NCBI GenBank assembly: GCA_001599295.1
Contig: BCGN01000004.1
Span: 872,138-936,137 of the forward strand
Reading direction: 5' to 3'
DNA length: 64,000 bases
Source of the DNA: Sporopachydermia quercuum
Taxonomy: Eukaryota
The translations under genes were made by a program, and so were the position numbers. This document shows positions 38,756-51,005 of the stretch, piece after piece. Position 1 is the first letter of the stretch; every line of letters begins with the position of its first letter. The notes beneath the pieces are model-generated. The model saw only the letters and a program-made list of their open reading frames with translations, made no database searches and was not told where the DNA came from.

Positions 38756-40153
38756 TTATATGTTTGCTACGTTAACATTCAGCTTGCGAGCAGCTAATTC
38801 CTCGACTGTTAGAGAGCTGGCAACTGATATGCAAGATGAACAATTAGAATATCTGCTANCATTCATTGCCTCTATCCCAGGATAAATATTTCTTCTATTA
38901 TTATATTCCCCTCCATTATACTGATAATTTGCTGAATCTTTTGGAGCTGAATGTTGTGATGAAGCGGAAAATGCTTGATCCGACTCGTCGGAATCATCTT
39001 CAAGGTAGTCATCAGAGCTATCTTCAGAATCACGACGCGGCTGTGTATATCTATCGTCTTCGTTATTCTCTGGTGGTTCGGGTGCACTGCTTGTTGTTAT
39101 AGGTTTTGCATCACTTAATGGTCCTGAAACTGTGAACGAAGCACATTGTAATACTCTTTCTCTTAACTGCAGAAGAGATGTTCTTTTGAATGGACTCCGC
39201 ACAAAACAAGTATTCAAAATATCATTAAGCTCTCGGGATACTGGAAGAATTTTCTGTAACAAAGAAGGATTTCTGACATACTCTCTATAAGTGTCATCAG
39301 CAAATACAGCTTTCATCCATGGATTTCTTGTACACGTCAAATTCACCAATATTACTCCTAACGACCAAACGTCTCCGGCAGCAGTAGGATACATCACACT
39401 ATTATTACTTGGATTTTCCGTGCCAGAGGTTTTTCTTTCCATATTAATAAGTCTTTCTGGTGCCATATAATAGGATGAGCCACAGCAAACATTTTCTGAC
39501 ACTACTGGTTCCGACATTGCCAAGCCAAAATCAGCTAGTGCTACTTTAGCTCCACCATTAGCAACCAAAATGTTTTCTGGCTTAATGTCACAATGAAATA
39601 CTCCTCTTGAATGACAGTACCCAACTGCATCCAAGAGTTGACAATAAACTGATTTTATTAACAAAGGATCTGAAGAATAGACATGNTCCTGCGTTATTGC
39701 TCCAAATAAATCACCATCTTCATAGTAGTCCATTATTACAAAAAGTCCTAATGGACAATCAAATACACCATGAATCGTCACAATATTAGGATGTTCGTGA
39801 ACTTTTAAATGCAATGCAATTTCCTTCACAATATTACTAGATGATGCGTATGCCATTATTGTCTCTGCAGACACAAGTTGAGCTTGAATATTATTTCCTT
39901 TAATAAATGATTTGAATGGTGCAAATGCATTTTGTCCGTTCATATTTCCATTCCCAGAGCCTCCTCCAATATTCGCCGTTAAATTCGATAAATCTCTATT
40001 AGATGCTAATGCTCTCTTTCGAGGAATCACTTTAACGGCAAACGAATTTTGCGTTACTGCGTCTGATGCTTTATATACAATTCCATATGCTCCTTTGCCT
40101 ACCTGACCAGTAAATAAGAACCGATCGGTTAATGTGTAGCCTATTAGTGACAT
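38756..40153 (-). CDS. SKS1: Ran1/Pat1-subfamily Ser/Thr kinase, Sks1/Vhs1-like
   Basis: GKGAYGIVY, HCDIKPENIL, DFGLA, CGSSYYMAPE and GDVWSLGVILVNLTCTRNPW. First ATG at 40153. Sits near ERG10 and gluconokinase as SKS1/VHS1 do. Confidence 0.88.
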   Translation of the reverse strand: MSLIGYTLTDRFLFTGQVGKGAYGIVYKASDAVTQNSFAVKVIPRKRALASNRDLSNLTANIGGGSGNGNMNGQNAFAPFKSFIKGNNIQAQLVSAETIMAYASSSNIVKEIALHLKVHEHPNIVTIHGVFDCPLGLFVIMDYYEDGDLFGAITQXHVYSSDPLLIKSVYCQLLDAVGYCHSRGVFHCDIKPENILVANGGAKVALADFGLAMSEPVVSENVCCGSSYYMAPERLINMERKTSGTENPSNNSVMYPTAAGDVWSLGVILVNLTCTRNPWMKAVFADDTYREYVRNPSLLQKILPVSRELNDILNTCFVRSPFKRTSLLQLRERVLQCASFTVSGPLSDAKPITTSSAPEPPENNEDDRYTQPRRDSEDSSDDYLEDDSDESDQAFSASSQHSAPKDSANYQYNGGEYNNRRNIYPGIEAMNXSRYSNCSSCISVASSLTVEELAARKLNVNVANI

Positions 40154-43100
40154 GATATGCAACTATTGAAGATGGTGATGCAAAACCAAAGTAATCGTTG
40201 ATAGCTGCGTGAAATAAGTTTGATGTTCCGTTTCGATTGCCAACAAAACCTTGCAAGGCAATCTGAGTAAGCTTTCTTTCGTAGGAGTCAAAGTTCTCCA
40301 ACCCTTCTTAACAAAACCAATAAAGACTGTACAAGCACTGAAGCACTTGAGTTGTAAGGAATACACCATAAAAACCTTTTAATCAAAAACTAGACAAAAT
40401 AAAAATAATAAAAGCAAAATAAAACGAAATCAGTAACTGTATTTTTGCTTTTTCAGACCTCCGACTTTTTGTATTGTCTTCTTCTCAGATACATAATCAT
40501 TTACACCTTTTTAGTGTTCGTTATCTCTTAGGTTGATCGTAAATCTGAGCTCTGCCTGAGGTATTATTCATATTTTTTTTTTTTCTTCCTCTTCACTTTC
40601 TTGCTTTTTGATTTCTTTCGTGCACTTTTGGAGTTTCCACTGTTCTTCTGATATCACCATTTGATGATGCTAATGAATCATACAGTAGCTTTCTGACAAC
40701 AACTACCACTAAGTTCGCTATTTGCACTGTGTCTCGTTGTCTTATTTTTATCTCAGCCTCTTCTTCTATTAGACATAAGCTTAATCATAAACAATTTGTC
40801 TTTATTAGACGAAGCAATACTGGTTGAAATGAGCCCTGTAAAGCAAAATTTCTCTGAATTCTCTGTAACGAATTTGAAGAATTAAGTCTCCTTAATAATT
40901 ATCACCTTCTGTTCCCATAGTTTTCCCACCATTATATAATAGATTACAAGTAGTTTTTTCCCTTATACTGTCTTGTCTTTTCATTGAGAGAAAATTATGT
41001 ATATATACGGTGATTATTATTTACGTATAGTTACCTATGCAATAACATAACTTTAATTAAGATCTATGCATGACTTGCATGTTAAGGTTAGATGAGTCCA
41101 TATAGCTGTTTTTGATTGGATTGACTTCATATTTTCATATTGTGATGTTTATTTAGTAGGATCGAAGGGAAGAGAATAGGTATGACTTAAATTTAGGCTT
41201 GGTCGTGTTTTCCAAAAATTATTCTTAATCTTGTTATAAAGAAGCAAAATACGAGTAAAGCTGATATTGATATGGAATTTCTGATTCATGTTCGTGAGAT
41301 ATCACTAGTAATCGTAGACTCAACTTGGGGGTGAGGAAATGGCAACGCGACTTCGCCTGTATTTAGAATTGTAGTGTAATTTGATCAAATATTTCTGATC
41401 AACATGACGATCCATTCATTATATGAAGAATTCTTCAAAACTTCTAAAAATTCTTCGATTATTTTCTCTTTTGGAATTTACTAATCGTCTATAGTAATTT
41501 TTTGGCAATTTCTATCAATGGAACTTGCAACTACAACTTCATTTTTAGAGTTATGCATTAACATGTAGTCTCATGTATGTTTTATGCACTTGTGTGTGCC
41601 GAGTCCCATCAACTTTATTTCTGATTAAGTGACAATAATATACTTTCTATCAAACATGATGCGGTGAATCCCAGTAATTCAGTTAAATTCTTTATATTTT
41701 AGCCAGCATCAAGGATATTGTATTCAATCTGGCTGCTGTTGTTTAGTAAGTATATTCAGCGTTTTATCTTGTATGTCATAGATGATAGACATATGAACTC
41801 AAGTCATGTTTCGAATTGTCTTAATAAACGTCGAAAATCTACTCTTTTGGCACTGTTGCAGGTGCCTTGCAGAATCGGATCATTCTGAGCTTCCCTATCA
41901 AGGAAGAAAAGAGTAAAAGATGCATCAAATGGGGAATAAAACTAGCCAAGCCAATGCATGATGAACTGACAGGTGGTGAACAGAAACACTGAGCACTGGC
42001 GGATGGAGTAGGTATTTAACGAGAGCACCACTACTTGCTAGGCATAATAAGTAACGAATATATGTCACCGAAGGTAGATTCATGAGATAGTATCTATCGG
42101 TTTATGCTTCTTATCAACATACGTATCTGTATATAATCAAGTAAATAGTGGTTTTGTATGATGGATATATATATCTATGCTAGTACAATTCCTCGTTTCA
42201 ATAGAAAATAATTCTGTGATGCAGTATCTTAAGAGTTAGATCACTACGCGGCCAAAACGGTAACAAAACCAATATCAAAATGAAAATAGCCAATCGAAAG
42301 TTTTGACATCGGTAAAAAGAAAAAAAGATTTGAAATAAAAAAGTATCTCATATAACAAATCAGTTCATTTATTATCCCTTCGGCTATGTCAAACGTTTAA
42401 CTAAATAGAGTATGTTTTCTTTCCTTAAATCTCATTGAAACCTATGGTACGATTCTTGGGACCTGGTTCTATTTTATTTATTCTCGGTCAGATCAATTCC
42501 AAAAGTAGTAATACCTTCCCCTTGAAAGATTATAATCATAATCAAATGTCTGACTCCACATTACAATACTTTTTCGGTATTTAAAAACTTTTAGGCTCCA
42601 GTGTGCTTGATTTTTAGCAGAAAATCAGATTACGAAGAAGCCGGATAAGCCATGCAAAAAGTGAGCGAGTTTGTCACGAAGCCTAAGAAGATAATCGTAT
42701 TAAAACCACATTACTTACTATTGTTGATACCATATGCATGGTTATGCGTCTAATATGCACCTATCAAATGATTATAGAGAGACTTCCCTAGCACGCAATG
42801 GTTAGAATTTTGACTAGCTATCTAAACAAAAATTTAACCCGAGGGTGCAAGAAATGATATATACACCGTTCACAGAGGCAGTAATGGAGTTTTTAGGCAA
42901 TTGGTCCTTCTTTTCAACTTGGTGGGTACTCTTCTCTTCTCTAGTACTACAGCTGTTCCTCTTAATTCCCAACGATAAGTAATCGTCAACGATTTAGGTT
43001 TACGATCATAAAGCAATATGAATAGAGTATTTCCTTATTAGACACTAGATGAACTCTATGTTAAACCTTAAATGGGACACTTTGAGTCTTTATACAGACT

Positions 43101-44305
43101 TCCTCAATACTTTTCAGAAGGGATCATTGGGAAACAATTCTTTATGACGCATGTTGCAACTGGAATAACTAGTAAATCACGGAGTGTTGGGTCTTACAGG
43201 AAGAGAAGAGAACCAAAAAAAGAGCAACTCTTGTTATACTATAAGTCAATTTTATTTTATTGAAATAACCACTTTGGTACGACAAGTTGTCATATGCACC
43301 TAAAGTTGTACTCAAAGGAATCCTCCGACTCGTCATGTGAAATCATGGCAAACCGATCCGTCGACTAGGAGATTTTCTGCATAGGTTTAAATCTCGGGAC
43401 CAATTCTTCTGACGGTCCAGCAGTTTATCTTGAGGAAGGTTCCCGATGTTGACTATATATGGTACTGATTCTAATTTACCGTTCCAGCTGGCACCGAGAA
43501 TCCAGAATGAAAGCTAGTTATTATGACAATACAACAATTTGATGGCCTCTGTTCATTGAGTAAATACAAAAACTATACACATACGCAATACCATTGTCAG
43601 TTGTTGAATCGGGTTTCACAGCTCTTTTAAACTCCTTCCCATTCTCNATATAGAGGATACATTTTCTCAGGAACATTTCACGAACGCTTCTATTTTGGAG
43701 CTGAAACCTAATTTCTAAAAATTCTAGTATCCATATAATAATCGAGCATACCCACCATAGAATTTCAAAATAAATTGGTCCTTTGATTGATGATCGATAT
43801 CTCAATCATTTCTAATTGTCGATTCATTCTTTGTAGTAATATTTCCTAGAACTATTCGTTATTAAGTGTTGCCTTTTTAGGCAGGTGGTTTCCACTATTT
43901 TCTTTTAAAGAGCTTCCCCATGTTTTTCTAATTAAATGCTTACATCATCCTTTATTCTCCACTCCATTCTTACCACATATACAACAAGCGATAAACTTAC
44001 ATTAGTAACTTTTATCCAACATATATCGTGTACATCATCCTCATCATCGATTATACTAGTAAACAAGTCACACAAACCAACTGTGGCAATAACTTATAAT
44101 TGGTTGATTTGTTCTGAAAAGGTGTTGCCTCTACTAGAAGTATTATAATTTATGGTTTGGAATCAGAAATAAGTAAGATTAAGTGTTATCTTCATTTTCG
44201 TCCTCAGAGGCGTACATCACATCCCCTATCCCAAAGTTGTGTTAATCACTGGGTACCTAAAGCATTATTCATCAACTATTCATCATAAATTCAACGCAGA
44301 TAACA

Positions 44306-45223
44306 ATGTCAGAATTAATTCAGTATGTTAGATGGTAATTTTACATTCTTTTAAATATGTTAAGTTGATTTAATGAATACTAACAACAATATAGATTGGT
44401 AAACCAGATACCTCCAGTGACTCGGTCAATTGTTCTGGGGTCTTTGTTGATTACAGCTCTAAATGCAACAACTGTTGTACCATCATCAACTTTTATTAAC
44501 TATTGGCCATGGACATTCGGAAGATATCATTTATGGAGACCTATTACTGCCTTCTTAGTCCCTGTGGGGCAACCAATGCAGTGTTTGATGGAGATTTATA
44601 TGTGTTACAGTTACTCTCGTGGCATTGAAACAGGAAAGTTTTCTAACATCACAGCAAATTATGCATATTATCTATTGATTATTGGAGTTTTGATTTCAGC
44701 ACAATCATATTTCACGAATGCTCTATCTTTCTTCTCGCCGATGTTATCGGCCCTAACATACACATGGGCACAAGATAATTTAGATACTCAAGTAATGTTT
44801 TACTTCATTCAATTCAAAGCACGACATTTGTCATTTGTTGTCTTGGGGTTCAGATTATTAATTGAAGGTTCATCTGCATTATTCATCGCCGCTAGTGGAA
44901 TGGCTGCGGCATACATTTACAAAGTACTAGATGAAGGTGGTATTGATCCTGATGATTGGTCAGTATTGGGTAAATTTATCCCAACAAGATTCACTAAACA
45001 AAATACCAGACGATGGATCTCTACTCCAAGATGGTTGCGATCATTATTTCCAAGTGGATCAGCTGGAAGATCTGTAGGAGCAGGAGGCAAAGGAGTTGAA
45101 AAGCGATCATTTGGTACTGTATATAATCCACCTGAAGAGAGACGATCACAGGCCACGTCATCAGGAATAGCAAGTCATTTTACTAGTAGTAGATGGGGTA
45201 GAGGGCATAGATTAGGTGATTAG
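44306..45223 (+). CDS. DFM1: Derlin (rhomboid pseudoprotease) with C-terminal SHP box; exons 44306-44322, 44395-45223
   Basis: IPPVTR, HLWRPITAF and terminal WGRGHRLG SHP box. Intron GTATGT..TACTAAC..TAG gives MSELIQLVNQIPP. Confidence 0.88.
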
Positions 45224-48200
45224 ATCTGGCGATAATAATATTAATAATATTAATAATAGTAATAACAGTAATAGTAAATAATACGCTTTAAGTTATTGTG
45301 TCAATAGTTTTCCATTTGCTATTTCGTATATTGTAGATACATAATGACATACTGGCCCCTCCTAGGAATATATCTTCAGTAAGTTGAAGACAATCCAAAT
45401 AAAATTGTTACATAACTACAAAAAAGTACATCATAAAAATAGGATAAGCTCATTGAAAAAGACGTACGTACTAACTACTCAATCCAATCAATAGCAAAAC
45501 TTTCCAGTCCTTTCTGTTATCTCATTTTGTCTAAAACGTCTTGAATATATTTAACATGTCTCAACTAGTGGAGTACGAACTGAATCTCCTGCAGTAAAAT
45601 ACAAAGCATATAAACAAATATTCTTGTATGCAAAGCACAAAGGAACAATTTTCTTCTTATCTTGTGAAGATCAAAGTTATTGGTAGAACTTGATTTGTGC
45701 TTCTAATTTCGGTACGCCAACTGCTACTNAGATACCTTAAGAACGTAGATAATCAGAATTTTGGCTGTAAGCTGAAGCAAACATAATATCAGTATCAGCT
45801 CCCTTACCACCTTGGTTTCTATTATGCTATCAACTACATCATCAGTCTTGAAGTAAACAGATGTATAAACATTCGCCATTGCCTTTCCTATCAATGTCAG
45901 TGCGAGAGGCAATTACACGAATTTTTAATACCTTTATGCATTGAAAACTCATAGTACCTTAACTATCATCGGCACCAGTTACTTCTGAGTTAGCTCAGGT
46001 TTCTCTTCTGCTGTAAGAAATCCTTATAAACTGTAACATCTCTACATAGAATTAGAAAGATTCGACATTCTATTTAATCACAGTACCAGGGATAGTGCAT
46101 ATGAATTTTACTTGAACGTACTGTTTCCAAGAGTCATTGATAAATAATCTATCAAGAAAAAGAGTTATTACAGTAAACTCCAATATCAGGTTCAGACAAG
46201 TATGACAGCTACAAGATCTTGAAATGCGAAAGACACCGGTTTTGCTACCAATAGTGCAAGCAATAACACTAAAATCTTTGCATGTTCGACAGAATCATGG
46301 CTCTTCATTACTGGTTACTTTCTCTTGCGTTCGAACCTCTCAATAACCTTGCGTAAAAAGATCACCAGACGCAGTGATACAAAGTAATACGTCATTATCC
46401 TTCGTTTTAGACCCAGTAGTCTTTCAGTATTTTTCAAATAACTGCTCTCTGGGTTTTACGAATGTTTCAGAATGATTGCTTATACTCTTTATTTCTTAGG
46501 GGGAACAATGAAGTCTCTGCTTTAGTTTCTCATTAAAGTGCAAGCCGATTTTAATTCCTCAACATTGACTTTTTGAGTTTTAATAATATATAATCCCCTA
46601 TTTTATGGAGCTCTCTACCATTACTAGCCTTACTGCCCTTTCTATACTTCTAGTTAGTTCGGTGATTTGAAGCCGAATGAAGGGCTATTGGAACCCATAC
46701 TCGCTATACATGAATAAAGCAGAACTTGCAAGTGTATTGTCTACTCTTGTTGCTAAATTTCGAACGAGGTATCTATTCCCTTCAGTCCTTTACTCCTTGG
46801 ATTTTGGATTCTTCAGTTTGCACATTTTCCCAGATATTGCGCTACCCTGAAAGTTAGAGTGCTCTCCCAAGCCACGACTCTACCTTTTTGTCATTTCTCT
46901 CGGTAAGCGTACTTTGATTCGATATCAAATAAAATGCAAAAAACCATTGTGATTATAACATGACTGAAAATGAAATGGAAATTGGTATACCTAATTGAAA
47001 ATACAAACAATAATGATCATTCGGTTGACAATTAGGGATCAATCAGAGCAGTTTGCAAATATTGCAATATAAGCCCCAATGATTGAGTAGTATATATGGG
47101 GAATTGAGTTAAAAGATCGAGTGGAATATTACTTAATAAATAGTTCTTCTCATAAATATCAGGTTTTTTTCAATTTCCTTGAGCGGGATGGGATGGGAAG
47201 GTATTGTAATTACAATTGAGAACAGAAAAACGTAGAGATTAAGTTAGGTTTTGACAGGTTATATAAAATATTTAAGGTTACGAGAGTATTGTTTCTTTAA
47301 ATCCTTGATTTCTAGAGCCAAAGATGAATTACCTACGAACAGATTCTCGCGACAAAAATTCGAGCTGAATACGTTTGGGGTATTACCAGTATGATGGAAA
47401 CTCATAGAAATGGCCTTGTGGTAAAAAAGATAAAACCGAATGAATGCTCCCTAGTGGTTTTTTTTGACTCATCAAAGGCGAAACCGGTTGTACTCTCCTG
47501 ATCACCAAGAGATAACAAAACGCCTAGCCTTAGCTGTTGTTGTACGAGTATGATGGTCTCGGTCTACTGGTGTCGTGTGACATTTGAAACCTAATAATAC
47601 AATAATTATCTAAGTTTTGATGGATTGTTTTTGCTATAGCGCAGTAATAACAGGAGCTCGTTTCATAACCCTTTTCTTTTTGATTTGGTAAGCTACTCGG
47701 AAGAAATACCCGTTCCAACAATAACCAAATAACTATTAATATGGATGAAAATTTCTTATCCTTTGAAAATTACCTCGGATTCTGCGTAGTTTCATTGTCT
47801 ACTCAACAAAGAAAATTGAATTTAATGATTGTTTCTGGAACAGTGTTTAGAAGAGAGATTTACGATGTTATTGCTAATTGTAGTGAAACTAGGTAAAGTT
47901 CAACCTAAATATTATCTTTGAAATATTTCATTATATTCAAGTGGCAAGAGAGCGTCAAATTACTAACTACTGCATGGAAGATCTTTTATTTTTTTCATTC
48001 TGGAACAATAACAATACAAAGCTACTATTTAAGACCAAGGAAATTGGGACCCATAAAGCTTCTGATCTATCTAATCGATGATAAAACCATTTCGGAAGTA
48101 ATATGTGTGCAGTGATAGAGGGTGTCAGCTTTATTCTTTGAGAAACGACGCTAAAGACAGAAAGTGAAAGAACATTAAAAGACAGTTTATCGTTTTTCTA

Positions 48201-49339
48201 AACATTTTGAGATTTAACTCAAATCTTCTCAGATTGAAAAGTGGAATATATGAATATACGTTTACTTACCAATTCACTAACACTTACGTGGTGATAAGAA
48301 AAATATAAATAAAATAAATCAATGGAAATTTAGATATTGACTAATAATTCTATGTTCAACAAAAAATTGCCAGAAGCCTGTCATCAAATGCTATTTCAGA
48401 TTGAACGTTGTAATGATAACCATATTGCCGATTATACGTGTTGTATCTTTACAATTTTTTTTTTGGAAAGCAATTCTACAAAATAAATATATTGATAACT
48501 AGTTTTTTTCTGTTAGAGAAATTGATTATATTAATCTGTTCTTACAATTTTAATTGATTCTACTCTTTCTTCAAAGTAGTATAACTCACTGCATATGATG
48601 AGAAATTCTTACCTATCGGAGGATCCTAACTTCGTTTTCTTAATCTATGGTTATATTCTTTATTCACTATCGAAAAAGAGCACATGTGTGCGAATTTATA
48701 GGATATAAAGAGAACTTGCAGAGGCAAAGAAAGCAGTATACCTGACAGAATTTTGCTGCTAAGGAATTAAAGCAACCTAATCTATCAACTTGCTTGGAGA
48801 ACAACCTTTTTTGGACCCAGTCAATCCAACGATAGCTACTTGTCTTTCGGAGTTCAAGAAATTACTATAATGCAAAAGCGAAAAGCACTAAACGCTCTAA
48901 AATGCTCCTTATTTTTTTTTTTTTTAATTTTTTTTTCAACTTCTCAATGAATATTTTTTATTGGTGGTATTTTCTTACTTCTTGACTTCTAAAAACAACC
49001 AACCTCTGTCTGATACACTAATTTTTCAAGTTCAGCTTTTATTCTCAGTTTCAAAATAAACTTTGAAACTCTAAAGTACTACCGAACCTAAAGTTCAGAG
49101 TGAAATATGCAAAAATATGCAGACTACGAAAGGAGTTTCAATGTTCAAACTATTCAAAAAACTAGTAGATTTGATTGATAGTATGCGAAGACTACAGGAT
49201 GAAGTACTCCCATTCTTTCAGTGATTCTTTCAAGCTAAGTACGGATATTGTCTGACATCTAGGATATTGCAAAGTAATGAAAGAGGTTTACTGACTGCCT
49301 AGATGAGATCATTCATAAACCAATTTCTAGCTTGTGAAA

Positions 49340-50857
49340 ATGTTAAGATGCGTTAGGACTTACAAGCGGAACAATCGCATATTCCCCGGCTGTCTCAAAC
49401 GATATTACAGAGTTTTGAGTATTGAATCATCTTGCGATGATTCATGCGTTGCATTAATTGAAAAACTTGACTCTGTTGTTAAATTGGAAACTCATGTGAA
49501 GCGAACATTATATTCGGTAGCTACAAATGGTATAGTACCTACCAAAGCATTTACTCATCATCAATCACATCTACCTCGAATACTGAACACCGTGATCAAA
49601 CAACATGGATTGAAAAGAGGTGTACCAGAAATAGTATGCTCAACTAGAGGACCAGGAATGGTTGGAAGTCTTTCATCTGGTATTGACTTAGGTAAAGGTT
49701 TGTCATTGTCATGGCAAGTGCCATTTATCGGTGTTCATCATATGCTAGGTCATTTACTCATTGCCCGATACGAAGCAGCTATCAATAAGACAACAATTCC
49801 AGAATTCCCATTTTTGACGTTACTAGCAAGTGGTGGACATACATTGCTGGTACTTTCACACTCCGTGTTTCAGCATGAAATCCTAGGAGAAAGCGTCGAT
49901 ATAGCACTAGGCGATGCCATTGACCGATGTACTGCACTGTTGGGAATACAGGGAAATGTATTAGGAAAAAGATTGGAGCAGATTTCTACTGAGTTTGCTG
50001 GGCAGTTTATTGATTCAAATGGAAACTATAAGTCACCGGCACAGACCTATCAGCATGCTCGAAGAATAATAGACCTTGATTTACCACTTCCTATGTCAAA
50101 TCATGCTGATAGAGTTGATGTTGGATCATTCTCTTTTTCTGCATTTAAGACAGCTCTAGCCAAAGGAGTGTGTTCAAGATTCCCCCAATTCAAAGACGAA
50201 GGTGCGTCAATAATACCTCAGGAGTTTATTCCTGCTATGGCTTATCAACTTCAGTATCGATTCTTCGAACATGTTGTTACTAAAACAGAAGTGATGATTC
50301 AACTCAATAAAGAAAAGCTTCCCCAAAACACTGCAGTTCCTTTTATTGTATCAGGTGGCTGTGCCTCAAATGCTTTTTTTCGTACTTTCTTGAAAGATAT
50401 CTCGGGGATGGATTTGAATAAGATAGATAAACAGGCTCAGCGAAGGAAATTAAAGCAATTGAAGAAAAAAGGAATCACCGACCTGTCTGAGCAATCTCCT
50501 AATCNTACAAAAGAAATTCCAACTGTAGAGCAACATTTTGAGTTTTTTTTCCCTTCAATTGAGCTTTGCACTGATAATGCAGTTATGATAGGATGGGCTG
50601 GAATCGAATTATATGAAATGTACAAATGGTTTGATAAGTTACCTGATAATATACAGAGCGAGATATTCTCAGCTTTCGAAGAAAGAGGGTCAAAATTAGA
50701 TGTGAAAGACTTGAGACTAGTGACTGATATATCTGTATTACCTGTACGAAAATGGCCATTAAATGCCATAAGTGAGATGAATGGCTGGAAGGTTTTGAAT
50801 ATAGTAGATGGAACAGAAGTAGAATTACCAGTAATTAAAAATTTAACAAATGCCTAG
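49340..50857 (+). CDS. QRI7: Mitochondrial tRNA N6-threonylcarbamoyltransferase (Kae1/TsaD family)
   Basis: VLSIESSCDDS, TRGPGM, GVHHMLGHLL, LLASGGHT, GGCASN and CTDNAVMIGWAG. Basic presequence-like N-terminus. Confidence 0.93.
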   Translation: MLRCVRTYKRNNRIFPGCLKRYYRVLSIESSCDDSCVALIEKLDSVVKLETHVKRTLYSVATNGIVPTKAFTHHQSHLPRILNTVIKQHGLKRGVPEIVCSTRGPGMVGSLSSGIDLGKGLSLSWQVPFIGVHHMLGHLLIARYEAAINKTTIPEFPFLTLLASGGHTLLVLSHSVFQHEILGESVDIALGDAIDRCTALLGIQGNVLGKRLEQISTEFAGQFIDSNGNYKSPAQTYQHARRIIDLDLPLPMSNHADRVDVGSFSFSAFKTALAKGVCSRFPQFKDEGASIIPQEFIPAMAYQLQYRFFEHVVTKTEVMIQLNKEKLPQNTAVPFIVSGGCASNAFFRTFLKDISGMDLNKIDKQAQRRKLKQLKKKGITDLSEQSPNXTKEIPTVEQHFEFFFPSIELCTDNAVMIGWAGIELYEMYKWFDKLPDNIQSEIFSAFEERGSKLDVKDLRLVTDISVLPVRKWPLNAISEMNGWKVLNIVDGTEVELPVIKNLTNA

Positions 50858-51005
50858 TGGATTTTACTTATTCTTCTTGTACATAGAAAATAACTAATAA
50901 TAAATAGAATTTCACATTATATATTGTTTGCTAGATTCATCCATACATAATTCATTCATATACCTGCCCCCATAACTACTCACACTGAAAAAAAAATGAT
51001 GCTAA

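Noticed and set aside
46320..46345. GGTTCGAA tRNA T-loop-like motif on the - strand
   Set aside because: No paired T-stem or cloverleaf around it.
47695..47730. AGAAATACCCGT resembling part of a TPP riboswitch
   Set aside because: Lacks the CTGAGA and CTGAT..TAAT core elements, and no thiamine gene is nearby.
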